The notes under the pieces were generated by a model. It was not told the DNA's origin. It did not search any database and saw only the letters and a list, made by a program, of their open reading frames with translations. Positions 52,562 to 64,000 of a stretch of 64,000 bases of DNA are shown in pieces; the first letter of the stretch is position 1, and every line of letters starts with the position of its first letter. Source of the DNA: Octopus bimaculoides (lineage: Eukaryota); the NCBI RefSeq assembly GCF_001194135.2, contig NC_068984.1:116951098-117015097 (forward strand). The letters run 5' to 3'. A program made the translations under genes and the position numbers.

Positions 52562-52592
52562 ATATATATGTGTGTGTGTGTGTATATATGTA

Positions 52593-53499
52593 TATGTTGG
52601 GTCATCTCATGAATAATGCGGTTTTTTCAATTGCATGAACTGAAAGTTGGATGGGTGTGGGATAAACTGCGTGCATCAACTTGCTATAAAAACAGGTTGT
52701 AATTTTTCCTTGGTCTTTTCCTAGTGCAAGTTTTGAAGAGTTCAGTTTGATTTTAGCAGTTATTTTTTCAAAGCTGTAAAGGAAATGAGAAAGGAACATA
52801 TTCGGCATATTTTACTTTATGAGTTCAATAAAAGCAACAATGTAACAGGAAGTGTGAGGAATATTAATGCAGTATATGGGGATCAGACAATAAGCGTAAG
52901 CCAGTGTCGAAGGTGGTTCCAAAAATTCCAAGCCAGAAACTACAGCTTAGAGGACGAGTCTTGTCCTGGAAGATCTGTAAGAGCTTGATGAGGATGTCCT
53001 ACAAGCCCTGGTGGAACAAAATCCCATCTTAACTGTTGAGGAACAAGCAGAGAAACTTGGATTTGATCATTCAACCAGTCATTCAAGTCAGCACTTGAAG
53101 AAAAGTGACCATCTTTGGTTTCAAGACAATAGGTGTTCTTCCTTTAAGATAATGCTCGGCCACATGGATGACATTCCAAAGGCTGGAGTAGTTTGAATGG
53201 GAAACGATGCCCCACCCACCATAATCACCGGACATTGCCCCATCTGATTATCGTTTAATCCACAGTCTTCAAAATCATTTGGATGGAAAAAAATATGAAT
53301 TCTGTAGTCGAGGTCACTACAGTACTGGAAGAGTGAATTTTGGAAGAGGGACCTTGCAAGTCTACCAGATAGATGGAAGAGCATTGTAGAAAACGAAGGA
53401 GAGTATATTTCAGATTAAAAAAGAACTTTGTTTATCTTAATTTTGAATAATAAAAGATGTATAACAAAACTGCATTATTTAATGGGATGACCCAGTATA
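52593..53499 (+). mobile_element. Mariner (SETMAR-like) element, internally deleted, both TIRs present
   Basis: TIRs tatgttgggtcatctcatgaataatgcggtttt / aaaactgcattatttaatgggatgacccagtata; KEHIRHILLYEFNK, CRRWFQKF, DNARPH, PHPP*SPDIAPSDY, LPDRWKSIVENEGEY. Confidence 0.95.
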
Positions 53500-53524
53500 A
53501 AATGTGTGTGTATATATATAAATG

Positions 53525-53583
<59 letters not shown>

Positions 53584-53640
53584 ATATATATATATATGTG
53601 TGTATATATATGTGTGTGTGTATGTGTATATATATGTATA

Positions 53641-53690
<50 letters not shown>
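53500..53690. repeat. Complex (TA)n/(TG)n microsatellite
   Basis: Direct reading. Confidence 0.95.
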
Positions 53691-53691
<1 letters not shown>

Positions 53692-55257
53692 GGAACAAAA
53701 ACGTAATAGAGTACAATAAAACATTCGGACTGATAGACAATAGTAGGTGGACGAGAAACAACAATTAGGACAGGCAAAAAAAAGACAGGTCATTCATGAC
53801 TTTCCTTCCTCAGTCAAGTCCCAGAAGTTACGACCATCGAGTTGATTGTATGATTGTAGAATGGACAGATTGTACCACAGAAAACCCACCGAAAGACCAA
53901 TTGACCTACAAGTTTTAATCTTTTCTGAAGACAAACTGCATGTAAAGATAGTGTTTTAAAATGGATTCTAAATGAATAAGACAAGATATGACAGATGACA
54001 ATTTCAGTTGAACAGCGTATAAAGATATCTGATCTGCAATCACCCAACTGTTAATGACAGGAAAGCTTAAGTTTTTCACTTTGTAAGTTCTCTTTGTAGT
54101 TGGAATATGGCTGGATATTCTGCAAATGAGACTGTGGAACCTGCATAAGACATAGTAAGATATGATAATGGAAAACCGAGTATACTGGAGTTTGTAATTG
54201 ACAGTGTAAAATGAAATGATCCAAACATAGTGTCAAAACAAACTCTCAAGTGGTTAATTGGTTCAGAAATTTGAATGTATTTTAGCAATAGTGAAATATA
54301 ATTACAAATTAATTTTTATTTGTGTTGCTACTACTACTGCTGCTACCTCCCCCTACCACTATCATGTGTGATGATCATATAGGCAACATTCTTGTGTATG
54401 CAAATCATATTGCATGTTAATCAGAATATTTTCATTCAAATATATTCATGAATTTAATTTGTGCTTCATAGCATGTTATCCTTAATGTTTGAGTGTACTA
54501 TAACTTGATAAGTAATTAATACCCCTCTGAAAAAAAAAAAAAAAAAAAAAAAAAAAGAAAAACGCTTCGAAAGGAAGCTGTTGATTCTGAATTCTGAATT
54601 ATTCAGCAGACAAGAGCTGGCAATTCCACATAGACGGGTACACATGTCTAGAGCTATTGTCATGGTAAACACGCCCCAGCTGCACTGTTACATCAGTTTG
54701 CAATGATTGTAATGATGTTTAGATCTGTCTAAACAGATCTGTCCTGTCAGGACTGATCTCGCATCAAAGAGCCTTTTAGCTCTGACCATCCTGTCTTTTT
54801 ATTTAGACCTAGCTTTATCTGGGACTAATTTATTTATTTGATGTCTCCTTTGTTGACTCATGGTTTCTGCTATGGCATTAAGGGAGGGATATATGAATAT
54901 ACGTATACAAAATACTGGTTATATGCCATGCAATTAAAATTGCAATATATGTGTACACATACATACACACACACACACACACACACTTGGTGTTACATGT
55001 ATTGTTTAGCACCGTAAGGATCAAATCAAACTGTTTTAAATAATGATAATAATAATTGCATATATATATATGTGTATATTTGTGTGTGTGTGTGTCTGTG
55101 TATATAGATATGTATATAGGTGTTGTGTATCTATGTGCCTATATGTGTGTGTGTGTATGTGTGTGTATGTATGTGCATATATGTGTGTGTATGTATGTGT
55201 ATATATGTGTGTATGTATGTGCATATATATGTGTATATGTATGTATATATACATATC

Positions 55258-55398
55258 TTGTACTTGATTTATCGACCCCGAAAGGATGAAAGGCAAAGTT
55301 GACCTTGGCAGAATTCGAACTCAGAACATAGTCATGGGCGAAATACCACTAAGCATTTCGTCCTGCGTGCTTATGATTCCGCCAGCTCACTTCCTTAA
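55258..55398 (-). mobile_element. Family C Meta-like SINE
   Basis: atcgaccccgaaaggatgaaaggcaaagttgacc..gccagctcac. Confidence 0.85.
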
Positions 55399-55478
55399 TA
55401 ATAAGGACAATGATAAGGTAATGATAATAATAACATTAAGATCAAAATGAAAAATTCTAGTCCTAGGTTGTGGCTTGA

Positions 55479-55700
55479 CCCTTTTGTTACCATATTTCTG
55501 TTGAGATACTCTGTGTTTCTTTCAATTAATTTAAAATATAACAAAGAATTTAGTAAAATAACTTAGTTATCATTAAGCTCGTGTTAGGAACAGAAATTGT
55601 GACTCAGGTTTGGGGGAAGATTTTAATTCAGAACTTCTGAAAACAAGACATTTGTACTGCAGAGCCAGAGCCGCTTTCAGGCGGGCTGGTATCAAAAGGG
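55479..55700. mobile_element. piggyBac-type MITE (family E), complete
   Basis: 14-bp TIRs cccttttgttacca / tggtatcaaaaggg (13/14); flanks ttga and TTAA. Confidence 0.88.
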
Positions 55701-56774
55701 TTAAAACTTTATGAGTATGTACTTGTATTTGACTAGAGACTTTGTTTGACACTTAAGTGATGATGTAACACCATGGATGAGAAAAAGGAAAGAGGTAGCT
55801 CCTTTATGTAGAAAGACAAAGCAAAACTTGAAGTAAGCAATTACAGCCCTGCTATCACATTTATCTCTGAGACTGAAATAATGTTTATTTATAAACAGTG
55901 AGGTGTACTTGTGGAAATAGAATAAATATTTATTGAAGACAAGAAATGGTAATGAAGGAGATAATGAACAGACGACTTGTTCTGCATATATTAACAAAAT
56001 GATATTTCAGAGCATAACCGATATGAAGTATCTGTGAGATGATGGGATGGTAAAAGAAAGTGAAGGATTTAAATGTACCTCCACCAGTTTTGAGATGATT
56101 ATTCAGTTGTTCAATCAATTAAACTACTTACTTAATGAATTAGCATGCAAGTAGCTGAGTATTCCACAGTGCTCTTAATGTAATCCTTGGCCAGATTCAG
56201 CATGGTACAGTGTATGACAACGCTCGACATTAGAATTACAGATACAATCCATCTGATTGGCTTCTAGAACAGTTATTCTGTACCCAACTTCATTCACGGT
56301 GCTGGGGTTTACCGAAAGCTACAGTAAATGACTCTTGCCAAAAGTGCTATGTATTGGAATTGAAGTCTGAACATCATGATAGTGAAGTAAAAAATTTTAA
56401 TCATATGACCATACTGCATCCACATAATAAAATAGAGACAGACCTCTTAACTAAATCCTGATGTGACCCCCCCCCCCTTTTTTTTCCACATTCTTGATTG
56501 CCTTGAAAATATTTGGAATTTATGATGGTGGTTCTTATGTCAAGTTTACATGTCAGAAGTTACAAGATGAAATAAGAACTGTTTTTCCAAAAAGATTAAT
56601 TATTTCTACTCCTAATTATTATTGCTTTGATTACCCTGTCTTACATTCCTCTGCTTTCTCATAGTATATGCATGCATTTGTGTAAGTGTGTGTGTATATA
56701 TTATATATACATACATGCACACACACATATACACATGCATATATATGTAGATATATATATATATATATATGTAT

Positions 56775-57170
56775 AGGTGCAGGAGTGGCTGTGTAGTAAG
56801 TAGCTTGCTTACCAACCACATGGTTCTGGGTTCAGTCCCACTGTGTGGCACCTTGGGCAAGTGTCTTGTGCTATATCCTTGGGCCAACCAAAGCCTTGTG
56901 AGTGGATTTGGTTGACGGAAACTGGAAGAAGCCCATCATATATATGTGCGTGTGTGTGTGTTTGTGTGTCTGTGTTTGTCCCCCCTCCCACCGTTACTTG
57001 ACAACCAATGTTGGTGTGTCTACCTCCTTGTAACTTAGCGGTTCAGCAAAAGAGACTGATAGAATATATACTAGGCTTGCAACGAATAAGTTCCAGGGTC
57101 AATTTGTTCGACTAAAGGTGGTGTTCCAGCATGACCACAGTCAAATGGCTGAAACAAGTAAAGAAGTAAA
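56775..57170 (+). mobile_element. Full-length SINE family A
   Basis: Head, core, internal microsatellite, tail. Confidence 0.9.
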
Positions 57171-57189
57171 GGAATTCAATCCAGCCATA

Positions 57190-57860
57190 AGTAATGAAAG
57201 AATTTACCATCAAATTTTCATGGACGACCTTGAACTTTGCTCCAAACTTGAGAAGTAGCTGCATTCTTCGGTACAGCATGTAAGAATTTTCAGTTGAGAT
57301 GCTGGAATGATAAGTGTGTCATACTCGTAAGGAAAAGATGCTGAAGTTTGCCAAATAGCAAGGTAATAAGATCATCTAAGAATGATGAAAGATATAAAAT
57401 ATTTGGGTGTGTTGCAGGATGATGAGGTAAAACAGAAGGAAATGAAATGCTAAGTCATAGAATAAATGTAAGAGGGATGGCAAGAGAGACCTTAGAACCA
57501 AAACAAGATGGAACGAATGTTATTAATGAGATCAGTGCATGAGGAATACTTGTGTTACTAGTGTTGTTTATAATATAGTCTTTGTTCATTGAATAACAAA
57601 TGAACTTGATGGAACAGATAATAATAATAGTATGCAATGTGTTTGTGTTATTACATCTGTGAAACAGTGCTGATAGACATGTATTATATATATATATACA
57701 ACAAAAACAAGGAAGAAGTGGAATATTCTGTATAACTAATACAATACAGTTGGCTTTTCTAGAACTCAAGATATTAGAAGCTTAGGAAGATCAATAATGT
57801 ACATAGAAGAAAAGGATTATGAACAAAATAAGAGAGAGAGAAATTGAAAATGGAAATAAA
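57190..57860 (+). mobile_element. R4/Dong-like non-LTR reverse transcriptase relic
   Basis: HQIFMDDLEL (cf. HLLFMDDLKL), VRIFS.DAGM, KYLGVLQDDEVKQKEMK, NVINEIS motifs in broken frames. Confidence 0.7.
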
Positions 57861-58256
57861 GTGTTAGCTTTTAGAAGAATATCCACAAGACAGCAGGTTA
57901 AAGTTGATGTTGGACTTAAGGTTTGAATAGTGAATTGCTAAAACTGTCCTCTTTTATTCTTCAAGAATCTTTTGCAAAGTCCTTGAAAGTTGAAGAGACT
58001 TGTTTTGTTGCTACTTGAGGCATTGACAAAATCAATGTTGAATTATGTTGTAGTAAACTATTTTTCATGTAGGAAGTGAAAATGAAAATGTCTTTCACAG
58101 AAAAAGCACTTGGTTAGGTACACAGAATTGTTAGGAAGACAAAACATGTTATCAGTATTATTTAGTTAAAACCTACGTTCTGGTTCAAATTCTGCAGTGA
58201 TCAACTTAGATTTGTATTCTTCCAGGGGTTAATATCCAGTGCTGGAGTTGGTTAAA

Positions 58257-58393
58257 TACTAGTTTGAGGAAAAAGTTTGTGCACCATGAGTCACTATTGA
58301 ACATGACACGAACTGAATGAACACACATACCACAAATATATATAAAAAAGGATTATTTTAACACAGCGCACAAACTTTTTCCTCAACCTAATA
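58257..58393. mobile_element. 137-bp mariner-derived MITE
   Basis: 28-bp TIRs, 25/28 match (tactagtttgaggaaaaagtttgtgcac / gcgcacaaactttttcctcaacctaata), TA ends. Confidence 0.85.
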
Positions 58394-60049
58394 TTATATA
58401 AAGCATACAAGATAAGAGTAGAATTATAATAAATAAGCACTTACTGTCAAATAATTCTTGCAGAATATGTCTTCAAGCTAAGAGGCCTATATATTACAAA
58501 TATATTGGCCTTTGTCTGTATATATTTGTACAAACTTGCCCATGCATGTAGATATGTGCGCTGCCTTTTATCTGTCACATTAGATGTCAAGTAATGGGAA
58601 AATATTTTATAAAGTTTTTTTGATTTAGGACAATATAAATAGTTCTTTCTTACATAATGTCCAAGATTGTTTTATATAAGTGGAAGTAATGAAATGAATG
58701 TAAATTACCCCTTGTCTAGAAAGACACTTGGCTATTCTCCAGAAATAATTGGAAGCAATTAACATACTTTATTATTAATAGTATGATATAAACTAACCCA
58801 GAGGCCTAAGTGTTGGTGAAACAATGCTACTACAAATAATTCTTTTCTGATTTACACACAAGATCGGCTAATTTGTGGGGAGGATATTTAGTCAATACCA
58901 CCAACCCTAGTACTTGACTGGTACTGTATTTTATCAACCCAGAAAGGGTTGATAAAACGTTAGAAACGGAACAAACACAACAAAGTGTTTTTTTACCAAT
59001 GCTCTAATGATTCTGTTGAATGAAATAATATACAAGTGTAATGTGTTGGTGTATATAACATGCACAAGTGTAGGTTGTTGTTTTTTTAGCCCCAGGTCAA
59101 TCCTAACTGAGTAGCTCGATGAGCAAAGGCATTTCAGCCATAATCATACTATCATCATCGTTTAACGTCTGCTTTCCATGCTAGCATGAGTTGGATGATT
59201 TGACTGAACACTGGTGAGCCAGATGGCTACACCAGGCTCCAATCTGATTTGGCAAAGTTTCTACGGCTGGATGCCCTTCCTAACGCCAACCACTCCGAGA
59301 GTGTAGGAAGGGCATCTATCTTTTATTGAAACAGTAACATGTGATTTTGGGGAAATTTGGGTCCTATTTGTAGGAGATTGAATGATAGAATGACCCCCAT
59401 GTTTGTTTGAGGGACTCCCTTGCTGGTTTGAGGGATTTCTTTGTTGGCTTAAGGGGCTTCTTTTTCAATTCCAAGTATTTTTATAACTGTCAACAGTTAA
59501 ATTTAATCATCATCATCATTGTTTTACATCCACATTTTTTTAATTGAAACTGCTATCTTGCAATCGTGAATGTGACACTCTTATCACTTGGCCATTGCAC
59601 CTTCACACACACACAATCTCGCTCTCTCTCTCTCTCTCACATACACACACAGATAAGATAAGATAAGATTCGCATTTTGCCACTTTTCCTTCTGAAATGA
59701 AAATACCATGCGTACACATACTAATGTATCCTGTTTACGTGGTGATAATAATTTCTACTTGTTTGGTGTGTATTATTATATCGGTGTACACCCATCTGCT
59801 TGATACACATTATTACATGAATCAATCGTTGAAAGTTTGAAACAGCTGTAAAGATATATCTAGGACTATATTCTTTCTTTGCCAAATATATTTATAGTTG
59901 CATTAATGTAATGTCTTTTATGATATATTGTCAGCATTTATTCCTTCATAGATACATACTCACACACATACAGACATGCAATATTCTATTTTATTGTATA
60001 TATATATATATAAATATATATCTAATTTTCTGGGTTTTTTTCTTTGCAG

Positions 60050-60238
60050 GTTGGTGGAGTTTTGTTTGTTGCTTTATCAACATGGCTGTTGATAGATAAA
60101 AACAAGCTGGTCCGAAATTGGATGGAATTTTTCTTGGATCCAGTTTCGCTGATTTGCTTATCTGGTGGCATTGTTGTGTTTGTAGCGTTCTTTGGATGTA
60201 TGGGATCATTGCGAGAAAAGACCTGTTTCCTTCATGTG
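60050..60238 (+). CDS. Tetraspanin internal coding exon (end of TM1 to TM2 and inner loop), TspanC8-like (TSPAN5/14/17/33 group)
   Basis: Acceptor ttttttctttgcag, donor gtaagt, 189 nt phase 0-0; VGGVLFVALSTWLLIDK..DPVSLICLSGGIVVFVAFFGCMGSLREKTCFLHV matches the DP..GCxGxLRENxxLL signature. Confidence 0.92.
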
Positions 60239-60412
60239 GTAAGTACCTTCGTTGCTCACTCCTTATGGAAGTTAATGTTTCAGTTAGACTGTACTGTTTC
60301 ACCCACTGTTGAGACACCACCGACTCCTGCATTTGGAGATGGAGTAAAACATCACCCTCAGTATTCAAGTATTTACTCAAAATATCTCTGTACTTGTATG
60401 TGCATATGTCTA

Positions 60413-60654
60413 GTAAGTTCACTGTAAGAAAAGTTCACTGTTATCAATTCATTGCAGGGAAAGTTCACTGTTATCAGTTCACCACAGGGAAAGTTCACCA
60501 TCTTCAATTCACTGTTTTTCCTTTTTTTCAATAAGATAGTTTTTAACTATTAATGGTGAGATACTATGAATACATTTTCTTGGTAAACTTTCCTCGTAGT
60601 GAACTTTCCTAATGGTGAACTTTCTTCATGGTGAATTGATGGCTGTGAACTTAC
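60413..60654. mobile_element. Foldback-like element with mirrored AAGTTCAC arrays
   Basis: 10-bp TIR gtaagttcac/gtgaacttac; repeated aagttcac in left arm, gtgaactt in right arm. Confidence 0.65.
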
Positions 60655-61739
60655 CTGTAATTGTGTGTGTGTGAATTCACATCAAAAATAATCTGCTACT
60701 AAGAATCATATAAACCAGTACAAATCAGTAACTAAACTAGAAACTTTGCTCTAGGGTCTTATGCTGGTGAGTAGAGTGTGACTGGACACCCTTTCAGAGC
60801 AATAAAATACCTACATGTTTCCTCTGAGGGTGCTCTTTACTGAATGTCTAATGAAATCTGTACAAATTTTGAGCCAATTTTTCGTGATATATCATCATAT
60901 TCATCAGAAAGTGTCCATATTCTATGCTGACATGGGTTGGACAGTTTAACAAGCTGAAGAACAGCATTGTGCTCTTATTTCTGCTTTAGCATGGTTTCTG
61001 TGGCTGGATGCTCATCCTCATGCCAACCACTTTACAGTATGTACAGGTTGCTTTTTTCCTATTTTTCTTTTTTGTGCCACTTGCACTGGTGAGGTAATTA
61101 TGCAGCTTGCATGACTACAAGCCCCAAGGGAATCAGCTTTATGCTAGGCAATAAGGAGAAGGGTAAAGTATAGGAGAAAAAAAGAGCCGAGCAGAGCAGA
61201 ACAGGTTTCTTGTGGAGGAGTTACATGACCACTCACATTTTAGAAGTGAGGGTAAGAGTGATTGGATGGAGCTAGAAAGATACGGAAAAAAAAAAAAAAG
61301 CGATGATGTCAGGGAATACCTTCAAATTGGGCAGTGGGGGGTCATGGGTGAGTGGGGGAGTAGATGATGCCTGATTGTGCAGAGCAGCAGAATAGTAATG
61401 ATGATACAGTAAAGAGAGAGTGAGAGAAAGAGAGAGATGACATGCTGTCGGGTAGGTTGTAGGAGTGAATGGGGAAGAGAGAGAGGCAGGCATAGTGCAT
61501 GGGGAGGGTGAGACCTATGATGGTGGGAGAGGAGAGGTGATTTGGTGGCACAGTGGGGGTCAGGTGATCAATGAAAGTGTGGGTGGAGAGAATAGTATTA
61601 ATGGATGAAGGATGGTTAACAAATGAAATGGTTCTAGATAGTAGGCAAAATGGTATCAAGGAAGAACTGCAGTTTGGAAGGTGATGCTTTGAGATGTCTT
61701 GAAGAAGAAGGAAATCCGGTGAAGGGCCCAGCTGTATAT

Positions 61740-61772
61740 ATATATACACACACACACACACACGCACGCACG

Positions 61773-61858
<86 letters not shown>
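61740..61858. repeat. (CA)n microsatellite
   Basis: Direct reading. Confidence 0.95.
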
Positions 61859-61861
<3 letters not shown>

Positions 61862-62089
61862 CTCTATCAGCACTCAGTTTCACCAAGGTGGGTGGGTTTT
61901 CTTGAGGGCAATATATTGCCAGTCATCCTTGTTAAGCATGTATCTCCTCTACAGCAACACACTTGTTTCTGCCCTCATTCCTGATCTCTGTCTCTCTCTC
62001 TCTGATGGGGTAATGCTACACCTCTCTTTTACAGCAAGGTACCTGTTTCTGTCTCTCTGTCACATTATCACCTTCCATCATCTGGCACA

Positions 62090-62425
62090 CAATCACCTCT
62101 TCCAATACCCCTCTCAAAGTTACTTTGATGATCCTGCTAGTGTTGGTGCCACGTAAAAAGCATCCAGTCCACACTGTAAAGTGGTTGGCATTTGGAAGTG
62201 CATCCAGCTGTAAAAAACCATGCTAAAACTGACCTTATCTGTGCTAGTACCACATAAAAAGTACTTGGTCCACTCTGCAGGGTGGTTGGTGCTAGGAAGG
62301 GCATCTGGCCATAAAAACCATGTCAAAACAGACACTGAAGCCTGGTACAGTCTTCTGCCTGGCCAGCTCCTGTCAAACCATCCAATCCATGCATGGAAAG
62401 CGGGCATTAAATGATGATGATGATG
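62090..62425 (+). mobile_element. Family G repeat
   Basis: gtggttggcatttggaagtgcatccagc..ccatccaatccatgcatggaaagcgggcattaaatgatgatg. Confidence 0.8.
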
Positions 62426-62429
62426 ACAA

Positions 62430-63270
62430 TAATGATCTTGGTCCTTTGTTATCTCCTCTGTAAGGTTCAAGGTCTTGAGATTAGCCTTCACCACTTCATT
62501 TCATGCCTTCCTTGGTTTTCCTCTTGTGCAAGCTCCATCCACATTCAGTGATTACGTAGCTGTTCTCATCCTTATCCATTATGTGTCAATACCAGTGCAG
62601 TCTTCTTTCTTGCACACTACATTCTGGTTCCTCCTATGCCCAGCTTTTCACTCAGTATCTTTGTACTAAGACTTCCATGCATGCTCACTTTGCACATCCA
62701 ATGGAGTATACTTGCTTTGTTTCTTTCCAGTTTTCTCAAGTCCTCTGCATTCAAGATACATGTCCCACTGCCATGCAGAAATGCAGTTCTAAAAGGAAAA
62801 GTTCTTTGTTGTCAGCAGCGGTTGTAGCTCTCTGAACTTTCTCCACCCCATTCTTATTCCAGCTACTACACTTTCAGAGCAACCACCTCTCTTGCTAATT
62901 ACACCTTCTAACAAAAGCTATCAATTACTTCTAAGTGAACCATTCGAGTGTTTAAGAGAAACTATTTCTGTGCGCTCCAAGTATGTACTGGTCCAGTGCC
63001 TCTATCACACACGAAGCTTACATTTGTAGACAGTCTGCCTGTGACTCCACTATATTCCTTTGTATGTCCATATCTTATACTGGATACAGTATATGGAGTT
63101 CATACCTACTCTGTTTCTACATATTGAACTAGACTACTTTCTAGAAGATACCAGGATCTTTGCTACATTTATCTTAAAATCCTCTCAGTTCTCGCTTCCA
63201 TACCAGGAATTTCTTCTCTAATTCTTCTGCAGATCTAACTTTGAATTCTTGAACATTAGCAGGCTATTAT
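62430..63270 (-). mobile_element. RTE LINE 3' fragment (RT C-terminal region)
   Basis: AEELEKKFLVWK, LEVIDSF, ISKRGGCSESVVAGIRMGWRKFREL, LRKLERN, EVVKANLKTLNLTEEITKD. Confidence 0.85.
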
Positions 63271-63274
63271 TTCC

Positions 63275-63830
63275 GTGTGTGTGATCCTCATAAGTTTTAT
63301 GTTCTTTTTCCCATGCTTGCATCAGTTGGATGGGTCCTTTGTAACACACTGGCTCTTTGTCATCTCCTTTGTGAAGTTCAACATCCTGAGGTCAGCTTTC
63401 ACCAATTCTGTCCGTACATTTCTTGGTCTTTCTCTTCCACAGTTTCCTTCCATTTGGATCCTCCGACACTCTCTACTCGTCTTTCATCATCCATATACAT
63501 TACATATCCCTATCAACACATTCATTTCTCATGCACACTAACATCACACACCCGGCAGAGCATGCCCACCTCATTTCCTTCCAGTCTTTGTATATCATCT
63601 ATATTCAGCACCCCTGTATCTTACCACCATACAACATTGCACTTCATACACAAACAACATACAATCTACTCTTCACATCAAGGGAGAATTCCCTTGTTGC
63701 CAGCAGAAGAAATAAGCTCCCTGAACGTTTTTACCCTTGTTCTTACTCTGGCTACTATAATTTTAAAGTACCCTCCTAGCTCATTAGGTTGCCAAGGTAA
63801 CCAGAAATCATTAGCTACTTCTATACACTA
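63275..63830 (-). mobile_element. Second RTE LINE 3' fragment including 3' UTR
   Basis: VARVRTRVKTFREL, FSLDVKSRLYVVCV, QRLEGNEVGML, VKADLRMLNFTKEMTK, then ccatccaactgatgcaagcatggg tail. Confidence 0.85.
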
Positions 63831-64000
63831 GCATAGCAGGAGGAGTGGGGCACTTTTCATCCTGTTGTAGGCTATTGCTGTAGGCAATATGTGTTTTTTT
63901 TTGTTTTTTTTTTTGTGTGACGTCCGGGAGTGGCAAACAGAAGGGCTGCCCCGGGCAGCACACTTTCTAGCTACACTAGTGCTTTTATGGAGCCTCCAAG

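Noticed and set aside
1-64000. CRISPR arrays, rRNA, prokaryotic operons
   Set aside because: No repeat-spacer arrays or rRNA sequence; the DNA is eukaryotic

Overview
AT-rich, repeat-dense eukaryotic genomic DNA with many N gaps. The SINE/MITE repertoire and abundant (TA)n/(CA)n/(ATC)n microsatellites resemble what I recall for octopus (inference; no database search run). Only one protein-coding exon is confidently recognisable: a + strand tetraspanin exon (60050-60238, TspanC8-like). The rest is intronic or intergenic and carries at least three tRNA-headed SINE families, piggyBac-, hAT- and mariner-type MITEs, a degraded hAT (Charlie/Buster-type) transposase, a mariner with TIRs, and Tc1, RTE, R4/Dong-like, CRE-like and possibly Gypsy relics. 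Nearly all listed ORFs are artefacts of microsatellites, N runs or repeats. The most notable signal is a minimal type-I hammerhead ribozyme fold (36651-36687) in a short element embedded in (TA)n; two or three other (TA)n-embedded elements carry degenerate hammerhead-like cores in similar geometry, suggesting Penelope-like/retrozyme termini. Repeat boundaries are approximate (tens of bp) unless defined by TIRs or splice sites.
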